Source: a virus (Duplodnaviria > Caudoviricetes). From it: a DNA stretch of 64,000 nucleotides. The stretch lies in IMG/VR virus record IMGVR_UViG_3300025679_000005; one strand, given 5' to 3'. A program made the position numbers and the translations under genes. The notes beneath the pieces are model-generated. The model had not been told where the DNA came from and made no database searches. It saw nothing but the letters and a program-made list of their open reading frames with translations. Shown one piece after another: positions 1 through 7,753 of the stretch (positions are counted from its first letter, which is position 1; every line of letters starts with the position of its first letter).

Positions 1-2
1 TG

Positions 3-650
3 ACCACAGGTCGTGAAGTCTTATTGGGGGTACCTCGTAGGGACCCCGCCAACGATTCGGTGGGGCTGTACTATGCAAGCATTATCATCCCGTTGGACGC
101 CAATATAGGCGACTACCACCTTCGTTGGACGTTCCGAGAGACCTTGGGTGGTAAGGTCAATCAGGTAGTTCAACAATTCAATGTCATCGACAAGGTGACC
201 TCGGGCTTGGTGTCTGTCGTCAACTGCTCAGAGGCGGCACTGATTAGAAGCTTGAGAATACTCCTAAGAGACCAGAATCCTTCGAGGAATTACCACTTTC
301 GTCCACCGGCCCACGAAGAAACCATTAGTCAATTCAACAAGGTCTTTGGCTACATCTGGGAAGATGAGGAACTAGGAGAGTACCTCATCAGGTCTCTGGA
401 CATGGTCACAGCTGCTCCTCCGCGAACGCCCATCCCTACCGTCGACATCTTGGTTCGAGATTACCCAGAATGGCGAACGCTAGTGATCAACGGGGCCATG
501 ATGTACGCCTTGCTGGCTTTGGCAATCAACTGGGTGTCGGATGAATTTTCCGTTGGGGGCGAAACACCCGTTAAAGTCATCTTGGGCGACGGGGAGGAAG
601 TCATTCTTCCTATTGAAGAACTTTATGCTATAATCCACGAGGAATCATGA
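3..650 (+). CDS. Fractured gene part 1: N-extein of a putative head-tail adaptor/neck protein fused to split intein N-fragment (5' end lies outside the window)
   Basis: Frame is open from position 3. Helical extein ends ...AINWVSDEF, followed by intein block A-like SVGGETPVKV...PIEELY and a TGA that overlaps the next ATG (ATGA, 647-650). Confidence 0.8.
   Translation, partial: TTGREVLLGVPRRDPANDSVGLYYASIIIPLDANIGDYHLRWTFRETLGGKVNQVVQQFNVIDKVTSGLVSVVNCSEAALIRSLRILLRDQNPSRNYHFRPPAHEETISQFNKVFGYIWEDEELGEYLIRSLDMVTAAPPRTPIPTVDILVRDYPEWRTLVINGAMMYALLALAINWVSDEFSVGGETPVKVILGDGEEVILPIEELYAIIHEES
549..647 (+). other. Split intein N-fragment (IntN, 33 aa, Ser1)
   Basis: SVGGETPVKVILGDGEEVILPIEELYAIIHEES matches the intein block A pattern (S/C-x-x-G-D/E-T-x-V...I-E-E/D-L). 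Confidence 0.85.
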
Positions 651-1600
651 AACTTCTGTCTAAAAGACAAGCCTGTCTTCAATACGGGTTCAACTTTAGG
701 ACAGTGGGCACGCTAATTGACAGCGGTATTCTCAGAATAGCCTCAAATAGCACCCCTCTTCGTCCAAAAATAGTGGGCTTTGAGGATCTTGTTGAGGGTA
801 CGCACTACATAGTGTGTCTGGAGTGTGGAGCATTTCAGACCCAGTTGTCTAGTAAGCATCTTTCAGCTTGTGCAGGTATCTCACTAGAGGCGTATTTGAA
901 TGCGCACCCCGGAGCGGCTCTGCTGGCCGCGTCTTGTAATAAGACGAAAACAGAAGCCCAGAAGACAGCCCAATCTGAGTTGCTCAAAGCGAGATTTAAG
1001 ACTGAGGCAGGGGAAGTCACTCGAAAGCAAATTGCAGTGGCTGCTCTAAAATTGCAAGCTTCCGGTTACCGTGAGCAGGCTTCGGAGCATCTCCGTACAC
1101 TTAATAGCGACCCCCAGCAAAAAGCCGCTCGTTCTAGAGAGACTAAAGCTAGGTGGGCTTCCGGAGAGGTACCTATTGTCCAAAATGCTTGGATGGGTGA
1201 GCATTGGGAGGAGGTCCTCGAATCCGCTGCGTACGCCCGTAGGCATATCAAGCGAAAATTCACTAAACCTCATGCAAGAGTCAAAGAAGCTGTTGAGGCC
1301 TCGGGCCTTGTGGGGTTCATTACTGAATATGAGACCGGGTATTACTCCATAGATGAGGCCCGCCCGGATCTACGTTTGGCTGTAGAGATTGATGGGTGTT
1401 ACTGGCATGGCTGTGGAGAGTGTGGCTTTCCGGGAGTGGGCCGCATCAAACAGTACGATGCTAGTAAAACAACCTATCTGAACAATCGTGGGTGGACTAT
1501 TGTCCGCCTCCTTGAGCATGAGATCAAGGCTGATTTAGAATGGTGCATCCGTAAAGTTACGGAGACTGTAAAAACTCTCTCTGAACGAGGTGTCTTATGA
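647..1600 (+). CDS. Free-standing Vsr-like/DUF559 (EDxHD-type) homing endonuclease with N-terminal Zn finger
   Basis: EGTHYIVCLECG...KHLSAC Zn finger; C-terminal YSIDEARPDLRLAVEIDGCYWHGC...KTTYLNNRGWTIVRLLEHE nuclease motifs; ATGA overlaps at both ends. Confidence 0.8.
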   Translation: MKLLSKRQACLQYGFNFRTVGTLIDSGILRIASNSTPLRPKIVGFEDLVEGTHYIVCLECGAFQTQLSSKHLSACAGISLEAYLNAHPGAALLAASCNKTKTEAQKTAQSELLKARFKTEAGEVTRKQIAVAALKLQASGYREQASEHLRTLNSDPQQKAARSRETKARWASGEVPIVQNAWMGEHWEEVLESAAYARRHIKRKFTKPHARVKEAVEASGLVGFITEYETGYYSIDEARPDLRLAVEIDGCYWHGCGECGFPGVGRIKQYDASKTTYLNNRGWTIVRLLEHEIKADLEWCIRKVTETVKTLSERGVL

Positions 1601-2007
1601 CAATATGCATAGAAACACGTAAGACCACCATTCGTGAGGCTTTTAGGGCAGGACAGCTTCGAGTTTTGGCTGTAGACCCCACATCTGGAACTACTAGTCT
1701 TTGCAAAATCTCTGATGTGATGCGGCACAACACCTCACATAAAAGTATGACCCGAACTACAGTCCAGGACGGACGTTTCGTGGATACGACGGTAGATCAC
1801 TCTCTGTTTTTCAGATCCGGTGATGGTGTGACTCCGGTACAAGCTGAGGAGATAAGAGTAGGAGATGTGATCGCATCTGTGGACGGGGTTCTAGAAGATG
1901 CTGTTGTGGCAAACGTGGAGAGACTGCCAGCTCAAGAGCACACCTACGATCTGTCTGTTCCCGGGCCAGAGAACTTCGTGCTTGCGAACGGTATCCTAGC
2001 CCACAAT
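1597..2007 (+). other. Split intein C-fragment (IntC, 137 aa, ends His-Asn, +1 Ser)
   Basis: Blocks B, F and G are all in this ORF. CAC-AAT-TCC (H-N-S) at 2002-2010. Confidence 0.88.
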
Positions 2008-2235
2008 TCCTACTCTATTGGAGGCGTTTCTCTGGAAATCGAAAAAGCATCCAAGTATGAATCTCTCTACCAGACGCTGAAGGATCAGTTCGATTCGCAG
2101 CTCGACAAAGCCAAGGCCACGGTCAAGTTCGTCAGAGGCTTGCAGCAGCCCAAGTTCGGGATTGGCATCCGATCCAGCTTTGGCCCCTATGTAGGTGGGG
2201 GTGTGCTAAGCCCCAGGCAGTTCGTAGGGTTCTAA
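1597..2235 (+). CDS. Fractured gene part 2: split intein C-fragment fused to 75-aa C-extein
   Basis: Block B TTVDHSLF, block F TYDLSVPGPENFVLANG, block G ILAHN|S. The extein continues SYSIGGVSLEIEKASKY. Confidence 0.88.
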   Translation: MTICIETRKTTIREAFRAGQLRVLAVDPTSGTTSLCKISDVMRHNTSHKSMTRTTVQDGRFVDTTVDHSLFFRSGDGVTPVQAEEIRVGDVIASVDGVLEDAVVANVERLPAQEHTYDLSVPGPENFVLANGILAHNSYSIGGVSLEIEKASKYESLYQTLKDQFDSQLDKAKATVKFVRGLQQPKFGIGIRSSFGPYVGGGVLSPRQFVGF

Positions 2236-2251
2236 GGTTTTTTTTAGTTCC

Positions 2252-2279
2252 TTGACTTTATTGGAGTTTTGGTTACTAT
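2252..2279 (+). promoter_or_regulatory. sigma70-like promoter TTGACT-N16-TACTAT, probably giving a leaderless transcript
   Basis: -35 at 2252-2257, -10 at 2274-2279, ATG at 2285. Confidence 0.5.
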
Positions 2280-2284
2280 GCAGG

Positions 2285-3859
2285 ATGCCTTCTGTCTGCC
2301 AACACTGCCAAAAGCACTTTCCTAACTCCGATATCGTAAACTCTCGCCACAAGGCTGTATGTGCCGGCTGGCAATCAGAGGTGGGCTCCGTCAAGCCTTT
2401 GGCGTGCCTGTGCGGGCACAAGTCCACTTCGATGACTCAGATGAAGAGGCATCGCTCCACGTGCTCCTCGTGGAAATCTCGTGATAGGGGCGAGGTGCAG
2501 ATGGCCCGCTTGGCTAAGACGCTTCAAGCAAACTATGGCCAAGACGTTGCCCATCCTAGGCAGCTTGCAGAGGCTGAGGCACGTCGGAAGGCAACGTTGA
2601 AGGAGCGCTATGGGGCAGAGAACGTATTCAGTAGAGAGTCTTCTCTGTATACTAAAGTCCGTGAGGCAGGTGATGCCAATCGAAAACCTCTGTATGGAGA
2701 GGCTAACCCGTTCTCTTGGCCAGAGGTTCAGGAGAAAATTCGACAGACAAACCTAGACAAGTTTGGGGTTGAGAACCCTCAACAGAGTCCTGAAGTACGC
2801 TCAAAGACTCAGGCGACTAATTTGGAGAGGTATGGCGTAGAGGAGATTTTGGCAGCCCCGGCCATTAGACGCCGAATTGAAGCTACCAATGAGGCTCTCT
2901 ATGGTGGCCCTACCCCATCATGCTCACCAGGGGTTGTGGAGAGGGCTAGGCAAACCAATCTTGAGCGGTGGGGGGTCGAGTGGACGGCTCAGCACCCAGA
3001 GATTCGTAGGCAGCAATTGGAGACGATGATTGAGAACTACGGATCCCATTTCTTTGCCTCAGAGGTGGGACGTACAGTAATTCGAGAGCGCCTGGTTGAA
3101 AAGTATGGTGTGGATCATTCGGCAAAGATCGACGGCTTTTGGGATAGGTTGGTGGCTACCTTCGTTCGTAAGTATGGAGTCACCCATCCTTTGCTTTTGG
3201 CTGAGTTTTTAGAGGCACGTAGGGAAACGTGTCAAGAACGATACGGCGTCGACAATCCCCTACAGAGCCCTGAAGTCTACGCTCGTTTGATTGAGACAGT
3301 GCGGGTTCGATATGGGGTTGACTGTGTCTTTCAAGCAGAGTTTGTGAAAGAGGCATCAAGACAGACCAATACCGATAGGTACGGCCGCCCCTATTTTCTT
3401 AGCTCAGATACCCATAAACAGGACAATATTGCAAAGTACGGCGTACCTCATCCGATGATGAATCGCGAATACGCCTTGGCTCATTTAGAGAAGATGTCGA
3501 GACCAGGCCCAAATCTTCTCGAACGTCGCTTTGCCTCAGCGCACCCCACTTTGATGTATGTCGGCAACGGTGCCTACTGGAGGTGGCTACCAAAACTGGG
3601 GCACCATAAGAACCCTGACTTCATCTTGCCCGGCCCAGACTCGGAGCATCCAAAGAAGGGTGTGACCAAGATTGTTGAGTTGTTTGGGGACTACTGGCAC
3701 TCCAAGATTTTTACGGGGAAGGCCGATTTTGACCACGAGCAGGAGCTGGTTGCAGCTTATGCGGAATCTGGATACCGGTGTCTGATCGTCTGGGAGTCAG
3801 AATTCAAGCAGAATCCGCAGGAAGTCAACGAACGGGTACACACTTTCCTCAGCGTCTGA
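2285..3859 (+). CDS. Free-standing Vsr-like endonuclease with two C2HC Zn fingers and about 14 YG repeats
   Basis: Repeats such as ERYGVENP; C-terminal KNPDF...IVELFGDYWHS...GYRCLIVWESE. The ORF track starts at TTG 2252; ATG 2285 is preferred because the promoter overlaps 2252. Confidence 0.75.
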   Translation: MPSVCQHCQKHFPNSDIVNSRHKAVCAGWQSEVGSVKPLACLCGHKSTSMTQMKRHRSTCSSWKSRDRGEVQMARLAKTLQANYGQDVAHPRQLAEAEARRKATLKERYGAENVFSRESSLYTKVREAGDANRKPLYGEANPFSWPEVQEKIRQTNLDKFGVENPQQSPEVRSKTQATNLERYGVEEILAAPAIRRRIEATNEALYGGPTPSCSPGVVERARQTNLERWGVEWTAQHPEIRRQQLETMIENYGSHFFASEVGRTVIRERLVEKYGVDHSAKIDGFWDRLVATFVRKYGVTHPLLLAEFLEARRETCQERYGVDNPLQSPEVYARLIETVRVRYGVDCVFQAEFVKEASRQTNTDRYGRPYFLSSDTHKQDNIAKYGVPHPMMNREYALAHLEKMSRPGPNLLERRFASAHPTLMYVGNGAYWRWLPKLGHHKNPDFILPGPDSEHPKKGVTKIVELFGDYWHSKIFTGKADFDHEQELVAAYAESGYRCLIVWESEFKQNPQEVNERVHTFLSV

Positions 3860-3865
3860 CGATTC

Positions 3866-3875
3866 GGTGTAGATC
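3866..3875 (+). promoter_or_regulatory. GGTG-TAGATC extended -10-like element
   Basis: Lies 6 nt upstream of ATG 3882 with no Shine-Dalgarno; same geometry as 18555-18564. Confidence 0.4.
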
Positions 3876-3881
3876 CGGTGA

Positions 3882-4169
3882 ATGACGCATCAAATACGCA
3901 AGTGCGCGTGTAGCTTCAAGTGTTCTAGCTACAGCGAATTGCTTGCACACCACAAAACATGTACCGTCTGGCAGAATCAGGTAGGACGCTGCAATCTCTG
4001 TCAGAGGCGCTACTACCGGCACGTTCAGGATTGCCCAAATGAGGGTGAGGACTTGAATCGCAGGCGGCTTCTAGAACGGCATGACATCCCTCTTGCTGAC
4101 TTTGAGGTGTTGTTGCGTGTTTTAGCTAGACGCTACCGCCAAATTGTGCATAGTCCTTTGACACATTGA
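3882..4169 (+). CDS. Small Zn-finger protein
   Basis: CACSFKCSSYSELLAHHKTCTVW has the same C-x-C-x12-H-x3-C-x2-W spacing as the upstream endonuclease finger; second CxxC...H...C motif. Confidence 0.6.
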   Translation: MTHQIRKCACSFKCSSYSELLAHHKTCTVWQNQVGRCNLCQRRYYRHVQDCPNEGEDLNRRRLLERHDIPLADFEVLLRVLARRYRQIVHSPLTH

Positions 4170-4229
4170 CTCGAACACCTTGATCCAATGGCAGCCTACC
4201 GCCTGAAGAGTAGTGACACAGGAGATCAG

Positions 4230-4538
4230 ATGAGCACCGAAGAACCCAAGCGACTGACTTTGGAAGACCCCGTAGACCCCGAGACCCTCAACGAACTACG
4301 GAGCCTCCAAGAAGCCAGGGCTGGCGTCGCAGATAACCTCCTTTCTTTGCGGTTGGAGGAGATACATCTCCTTGCAGCAGCTAGGAAGATCGACGACCAG
4401 CATGGCCGTCTATTCGAAAGGTGCCTCATTGATCGGGGGGTTAGCGCCGGGGCCAGGGCGGAAATAGACGCCAAGACGGGCAAAGTAATCCTGGAAGCGA
4501 CCCCCAATGAACCAAGGAAGGCCACTCGTAAGGCCTGA
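4230..4538 (+). CDS. Hypothetical coiled-coil protein
   Basis: AGGAG RBS 5 nt before ATG 4230; helical heptad pattern. Confidence 0.6.
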   Translation: MSTEEPKRLTLEDPVDPETLNELRSLQEARAGVADNLLSLRLEEIHLLAAARKIDDQHGRLFERCLIDRGVSAGARAEIDAKTGKVILEATPNEPRKATRKA

Positions 4539-4579
4539 TTTTCTTATTGGTTGGCTGGATGGAGAGGTTCCACCCAGCC

Positions 4580-5944
4580 ATGTCCTACGCCTCAAACCGA
4601 GACCGGAATCCGTCCACGCTTGAGTTGACAAAGGCCGCCGAACCTGCGGCCCCGCTCAACTTGTTCATGACGAGCGGCTACAAGCCAGGTGTTTTCGACC
4701 TGTCGTGGACTGACCCCTCTCAGTTGGCCGTCAACGGCAATTTCCAGATTTGCGGCGTCAACATCTATCGCTCGTTCGATTCCGAGTTTGGGCCGTACAC
4801 CCGCATCAACCAATACCCTCTAGGGGGTACATTTTGGAGGGACCAGACAGAGAACGCCTTGGTCATTGATGAGGTCGTGACTGACGACATGTGGGTCATG
4901 CGTGGCGAAGACGTTGCAGCGGGGATGAACGCCCCCAGGTACGTCTTCCGCACACAGTTGGGGCCGATCGTCAAGGAAGGCTCTCAAGCGGTCTATGCGA
5001 ACGCCATCTCCGATGTGGAGGTTCAGATCGACGGGATGACAGCGAGGCTCGCTAGAGTGTTTGGAGAGGCTTGGGAGGTCGAGATAGACCCGAACCCGTA
5101 TCCTAACGTCACAACGCAGACCGAAGACCTGGGGACAGTACCTGGCCCCAGCAGTGTCGTAACTGTGAGCTATCGGTACAGTAGGTCGTTGCTGAGAACG
5201 GACTTGGCTCAGCGTATCTTCTACCGAGTGACCACGGTGGGTACGATGATCAACACTGACGGTGCGGGACCCTCAGATCCCCGGGAACTTCTTGAGACGC
5301 AGTTGGCAAGGGCTGCTTTCACGAGCAACTCGGAAATAGAAAAGCTCGACTGGGCCTGGCGGGAGGCTGTTCGCAGAAATCACTGGATTTTGGATCAAGG
5401 TGGCGAGCGCGTGAAGGTCTTCATCAAGAAGAACGTTGGCACTATCTGTCCTTGCTACAACACGACTACGCACCATCAGCCTCTGGGGGACTGCCAGATC
5501 TGCTACTATACAGGCATTGTGGGAGGTTACGAAGGGCCCTACGATTTGATCATTGCTCCTGACGACATGGAGCGGAAGGTCGCTCAGCAGAATACTGGTA
5601 GGACCGTAGAGCACGCCTACGAAGTTTGGAGCGGCCCTAGTCCATTGCTCTCCCAACGAGACTTCATTGTCAAGATCAACGGAGATCGCTATGCCATAGG
5701 CCCTGTGAGGATGCCAACTAATCGTGGTATGGTGTTGCAGCAACACTTCAACATTGGCCACTTGGATGAGAAGGACATTCGCTACCTAGTCCCGATGGAC
5801 AACCCTAGCAGAGGCCTGCCTAACCAGGCTCAGTTGTCGGTGCCTCCATTGAATTCCCCAGCTCAGATTACAGACAAGCCTGAGATCCCTGATGAACGGG
5901 AGCTTCGCGGCCGCACGATCACATGGGCTAACATCGTATATTAA
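4580..5944 (+). CDS. Virion neck/head-closure-like protein with FN3-like N-terminus and Zn ribbon
   Basis: FDLSWTDP...GVNIYRS FN3-like motif; CPCY...CQIC; C-terminal LLSQRDFIV...RYAIGPV beta domain; position in neck module. Start is uncertain (4547 or 4580). Confidence 0.5.
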   Translation: MSYASNRDRNPSTLELTKAAEPAAPLNLFMTSGYKPGVFDLSWTDPSQLAVNGNFQICGVNIYRSFDSEFGPYTRINQYPLGGTFWRDQTENALVIDEVVTDDMWVMRGEDVAAGMNAPRYVFRTQLGPIVKEGSQAVYANAISDVEVQIDGMTARLARVFGEAWEVEIDPNPYPNVTTQTEDLGTVPGPSSVVTVSYRYSRSLLRTDLAQRIFYRVTTVGTMINTDGAGPSDPRELLETQLARAAFTSNSEIEKLDWAWREAVRRNHWILDQGGERVKVFIKKNVGTICPCYNTTTHHQPLGDCQICYYTGIVGGYEGPYDLIIAPDDMERKVAQQNTGRTVEHAYEVWSGPSPLLSQRDFIVKINGDRYAIGPVRMPTNRGMVLQQHFNIGHLDEKDIRYLVPMDNPSRGLPNQAQLSVPPLNSPAQITDKPEIPDERELRGRTITWANIVY

Positions 5945-5946
5945 CT

Positions 5947-6447
5947 ATGTTTTTGCCTAAATTCAAGATCTATTACAAGCCGTTGGTACCCAAGGGTGCC
6001 CTGGACAAGTTCGACCCTAAGAAGGTCCTGAAGTCCTTGCAGCGGGAGATCCTTGAAGAGATTCGGGGTAAGATCGAAGAGTCCGCCTTCTCTCCTAGGG
6101 CGAAACGAGCTTTGAAGAAAGCCCTCTCTACCAAGATCGCTGAGAGCAGTATTACGGTGACTGCCCACCATCCTGCCTTCTTCCCTCTTTTGGAGGGCAA
6201 GTCCAGGCAGCAGATGACTTGGCTTACGAAGGCTAAGAAGCCGATCCCTATCATTACGGATACAGGGGAGTTGATCTTCAGGTCGGCGACCCCCAGGTCT
6301 ATGGCCCGAGGTCGTTGGTACCATCCCCAAAGGGAGTCCACACACATCCTTGACAAGGCAAAAGATGCTGCCAGGACGGTGATCAAGGACAGACTCGGGA
6401 AGCAGCTCAGAAAACAACTTCAAACCTCCCTAGCGAGAATCAAATGA
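5947..6447 (+). CDS. Basic neck/tail-completion protein (HK97 gp10-like by position)
   Basis: Lys/Arg-rich 166 aa, between head-closure and tail-terminator genes. Confidence 0.4.
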   Translation: MFLPKFKIYYKPLVPKGALDKFDPKKVLKSLQREILEEIRGKIEESAFSPRAKRALKKALSTKIAESSITVTAHHPAFFPLLEGKSRQQMTWLTKAKKPIPIITDTGELIFRSATPRSMARGRWYHPQRESTHILDKAKDAARTVIKDRLGKQLRKQLQTSLARIK

Positions 6448-7043
6448 ACGATGTAGGCGGAGTATCAGTCGTGGGCTTGACCTCAGGTGGCCATTTCGTG
6501 ACGGACATCCAGATGATGATCCCCCACAAAGTCGGGGTCTATGTCCCGATCGAGAAGTACTTGAAGTCTAAGGATCTGCACCGAGCCATCAATTCGGGCA
6601 TGATCTTCAAACTCGACAGTGTGATGGGTCAGCAAGAGAACGTGGGGTCGTCCGTGGACGCTGATAAACTGGCTCAACTGGAACTAGAGAATGCCCGCCT
6701 CAAGGAAGCCTTGGAGCAGGCAAATCAGCAGAATGCCGACTTGAAGTCGGGCATGGGGGCTTTACAGGATCAAATGTCAGCCGTGCTCTTAGCCTTGGGT
6801 CGTATCGAGGCAGCCCCAAAGGTCATTCAGCAGGTGGTGAACACGGTAGGTACAACAGTTCCTGGAATGAGCCCTATGACTCCGGTCAGCGAAGTGGTGG
6901 GTGGAGATGCCCCCATGTTCTTGCCAGACTTGAGCCAGGACCTGGGGGAGGCCCGAATCAACATCACGGAGAGCACTTCTTCCGAGGGTGTCGGAGGGGC
7001 CGCCAGCAAGCTTCGGGAGTTCCGTAAGAAGGCTAAAGGCTGA
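6444..7043 (+). CDS. Hypothetical coiled-coil protein
   Basis: LAQLELENARLKEALEQ heptads; ATGA-coupled to the upstream gene. Confidence 0.6.
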   Translation: MNDVGGVSVVGLTSGGHFVTDIQMMIPHKVGVYVPIEKYLKSKDLHRAINSGMIFKLDSVMGQQENVGSSVDADKLAQLELENARLKEALEQANQQNADLKSGMGALQDQMSAVLLALGRIEAAPKVIQQVVNTVGTTVPGMSPMTPVSEVVGGDAPMFLPDLSQDLGEARINITESTSSEGVGGAASKLREFRKKAKG

Positions 7044-7074
7044 TTCTTTTGATTCGAAATCACTAGGGTAAGCC

Positions 7075-7731
7075 ATGTCAAAACGTGTAAATGCCCAGGA
7101 TCCTCATGAAGAGAGCGTTCGTGTGGTCTGGCATGAGCCGACGCAGTTCGACCCCTTGCGACACGGCCCGCCCTATCTTCCCAAGGCATCCTACGAGCCT
7201 GTAAAACTCAGCAGCCAGCAACGTGGCGAAATCCAGGGCCTGGTCAAGAAGGCGGCCTTAATTACGGCCGAATACGAAACGTCTATGACCTCGATGCTGG
7301 CGATGCTTCAGGCATTGGCCATGCTCCATCAATCGCATCATTGGAGCACGTCGGGCGCTAGCTTCTTCCAAGACCACTTGCTTTTCGAGAGGCTCTACAA
7401 CGAGTCTCTCGAACTTATTGATCAGTTGGCGGAGAGAATTGTGGGTTCGGGGGACACTCCGAACATCGGTGCCGCCTTTCAAGTAGGCATCATGAGCCGT
7501 ATCCTGGGTTCGTTAGGGGTAGGGGGCCTCCCTACGGACATGATCGCAATCAGTCTGGCCGCAGAGACCTCCTGTGTGGCCGCAGTTGCACAGCTCATTG
7601 CAAGTAAAACAGCAGACGGAACCCTAAGTCATGGGATTTCTAAGCTCCTTGAAGACATTGCCGACAAGCACGAGACCTTCGTGTATTTGCTCAGTCAGCG
7701 CTCTAAGACGGAGTCCTACGACTTCCGTTGA
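7075..7731 (+). CDS. dps: Dps/ferritin-like protein with N-terminal extension
   Basis: HQSHHWSTSGASFFQDHLLFERLY...DQLAERI matches the Dps signature (HW...G..F...H.LFE..Y...D.LAER). Confidence 0.8.
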   Translation: MSKRVNAQDPHEESVRVVWHEPTQFDPLRHGPPYLPKASYEPVKLSSQQRGEIQGLVKKAALITAEYETSMTSMLAMLQALAMLHQSHHWSTSGASFFQDHLLFERLYNESLELIDQLAERIVGSGDTPNIGAAFQVGIMSRILGSLGVGGLPTDMIAISLAAETSCVAAVAQLIASKTADGTLSHGISKLLEDIADKHETFVYLLSQRSKTESYDFR

Positions 7732-7753
7732 ATCAAACCCATAGGAAAAGAAC

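Noticed and set aside
549-2007. One contiguous intein with an internal endonuclease, broken by two sequencing frameshifts
   Set aside because: Both junctions are clean ATGA stop/start overlaps, and the nuclease lies between blocks A and B rather than at the usual B-F insertion site. It is not fully excluded without reads, given indels elsewhere in the window.
2238-2245. T8 tract as an intrinsic terminator
   Set aside because: No convincing GC-rich stem lies upstream; it may simply be an AT-rich element before the 2252 promoter.
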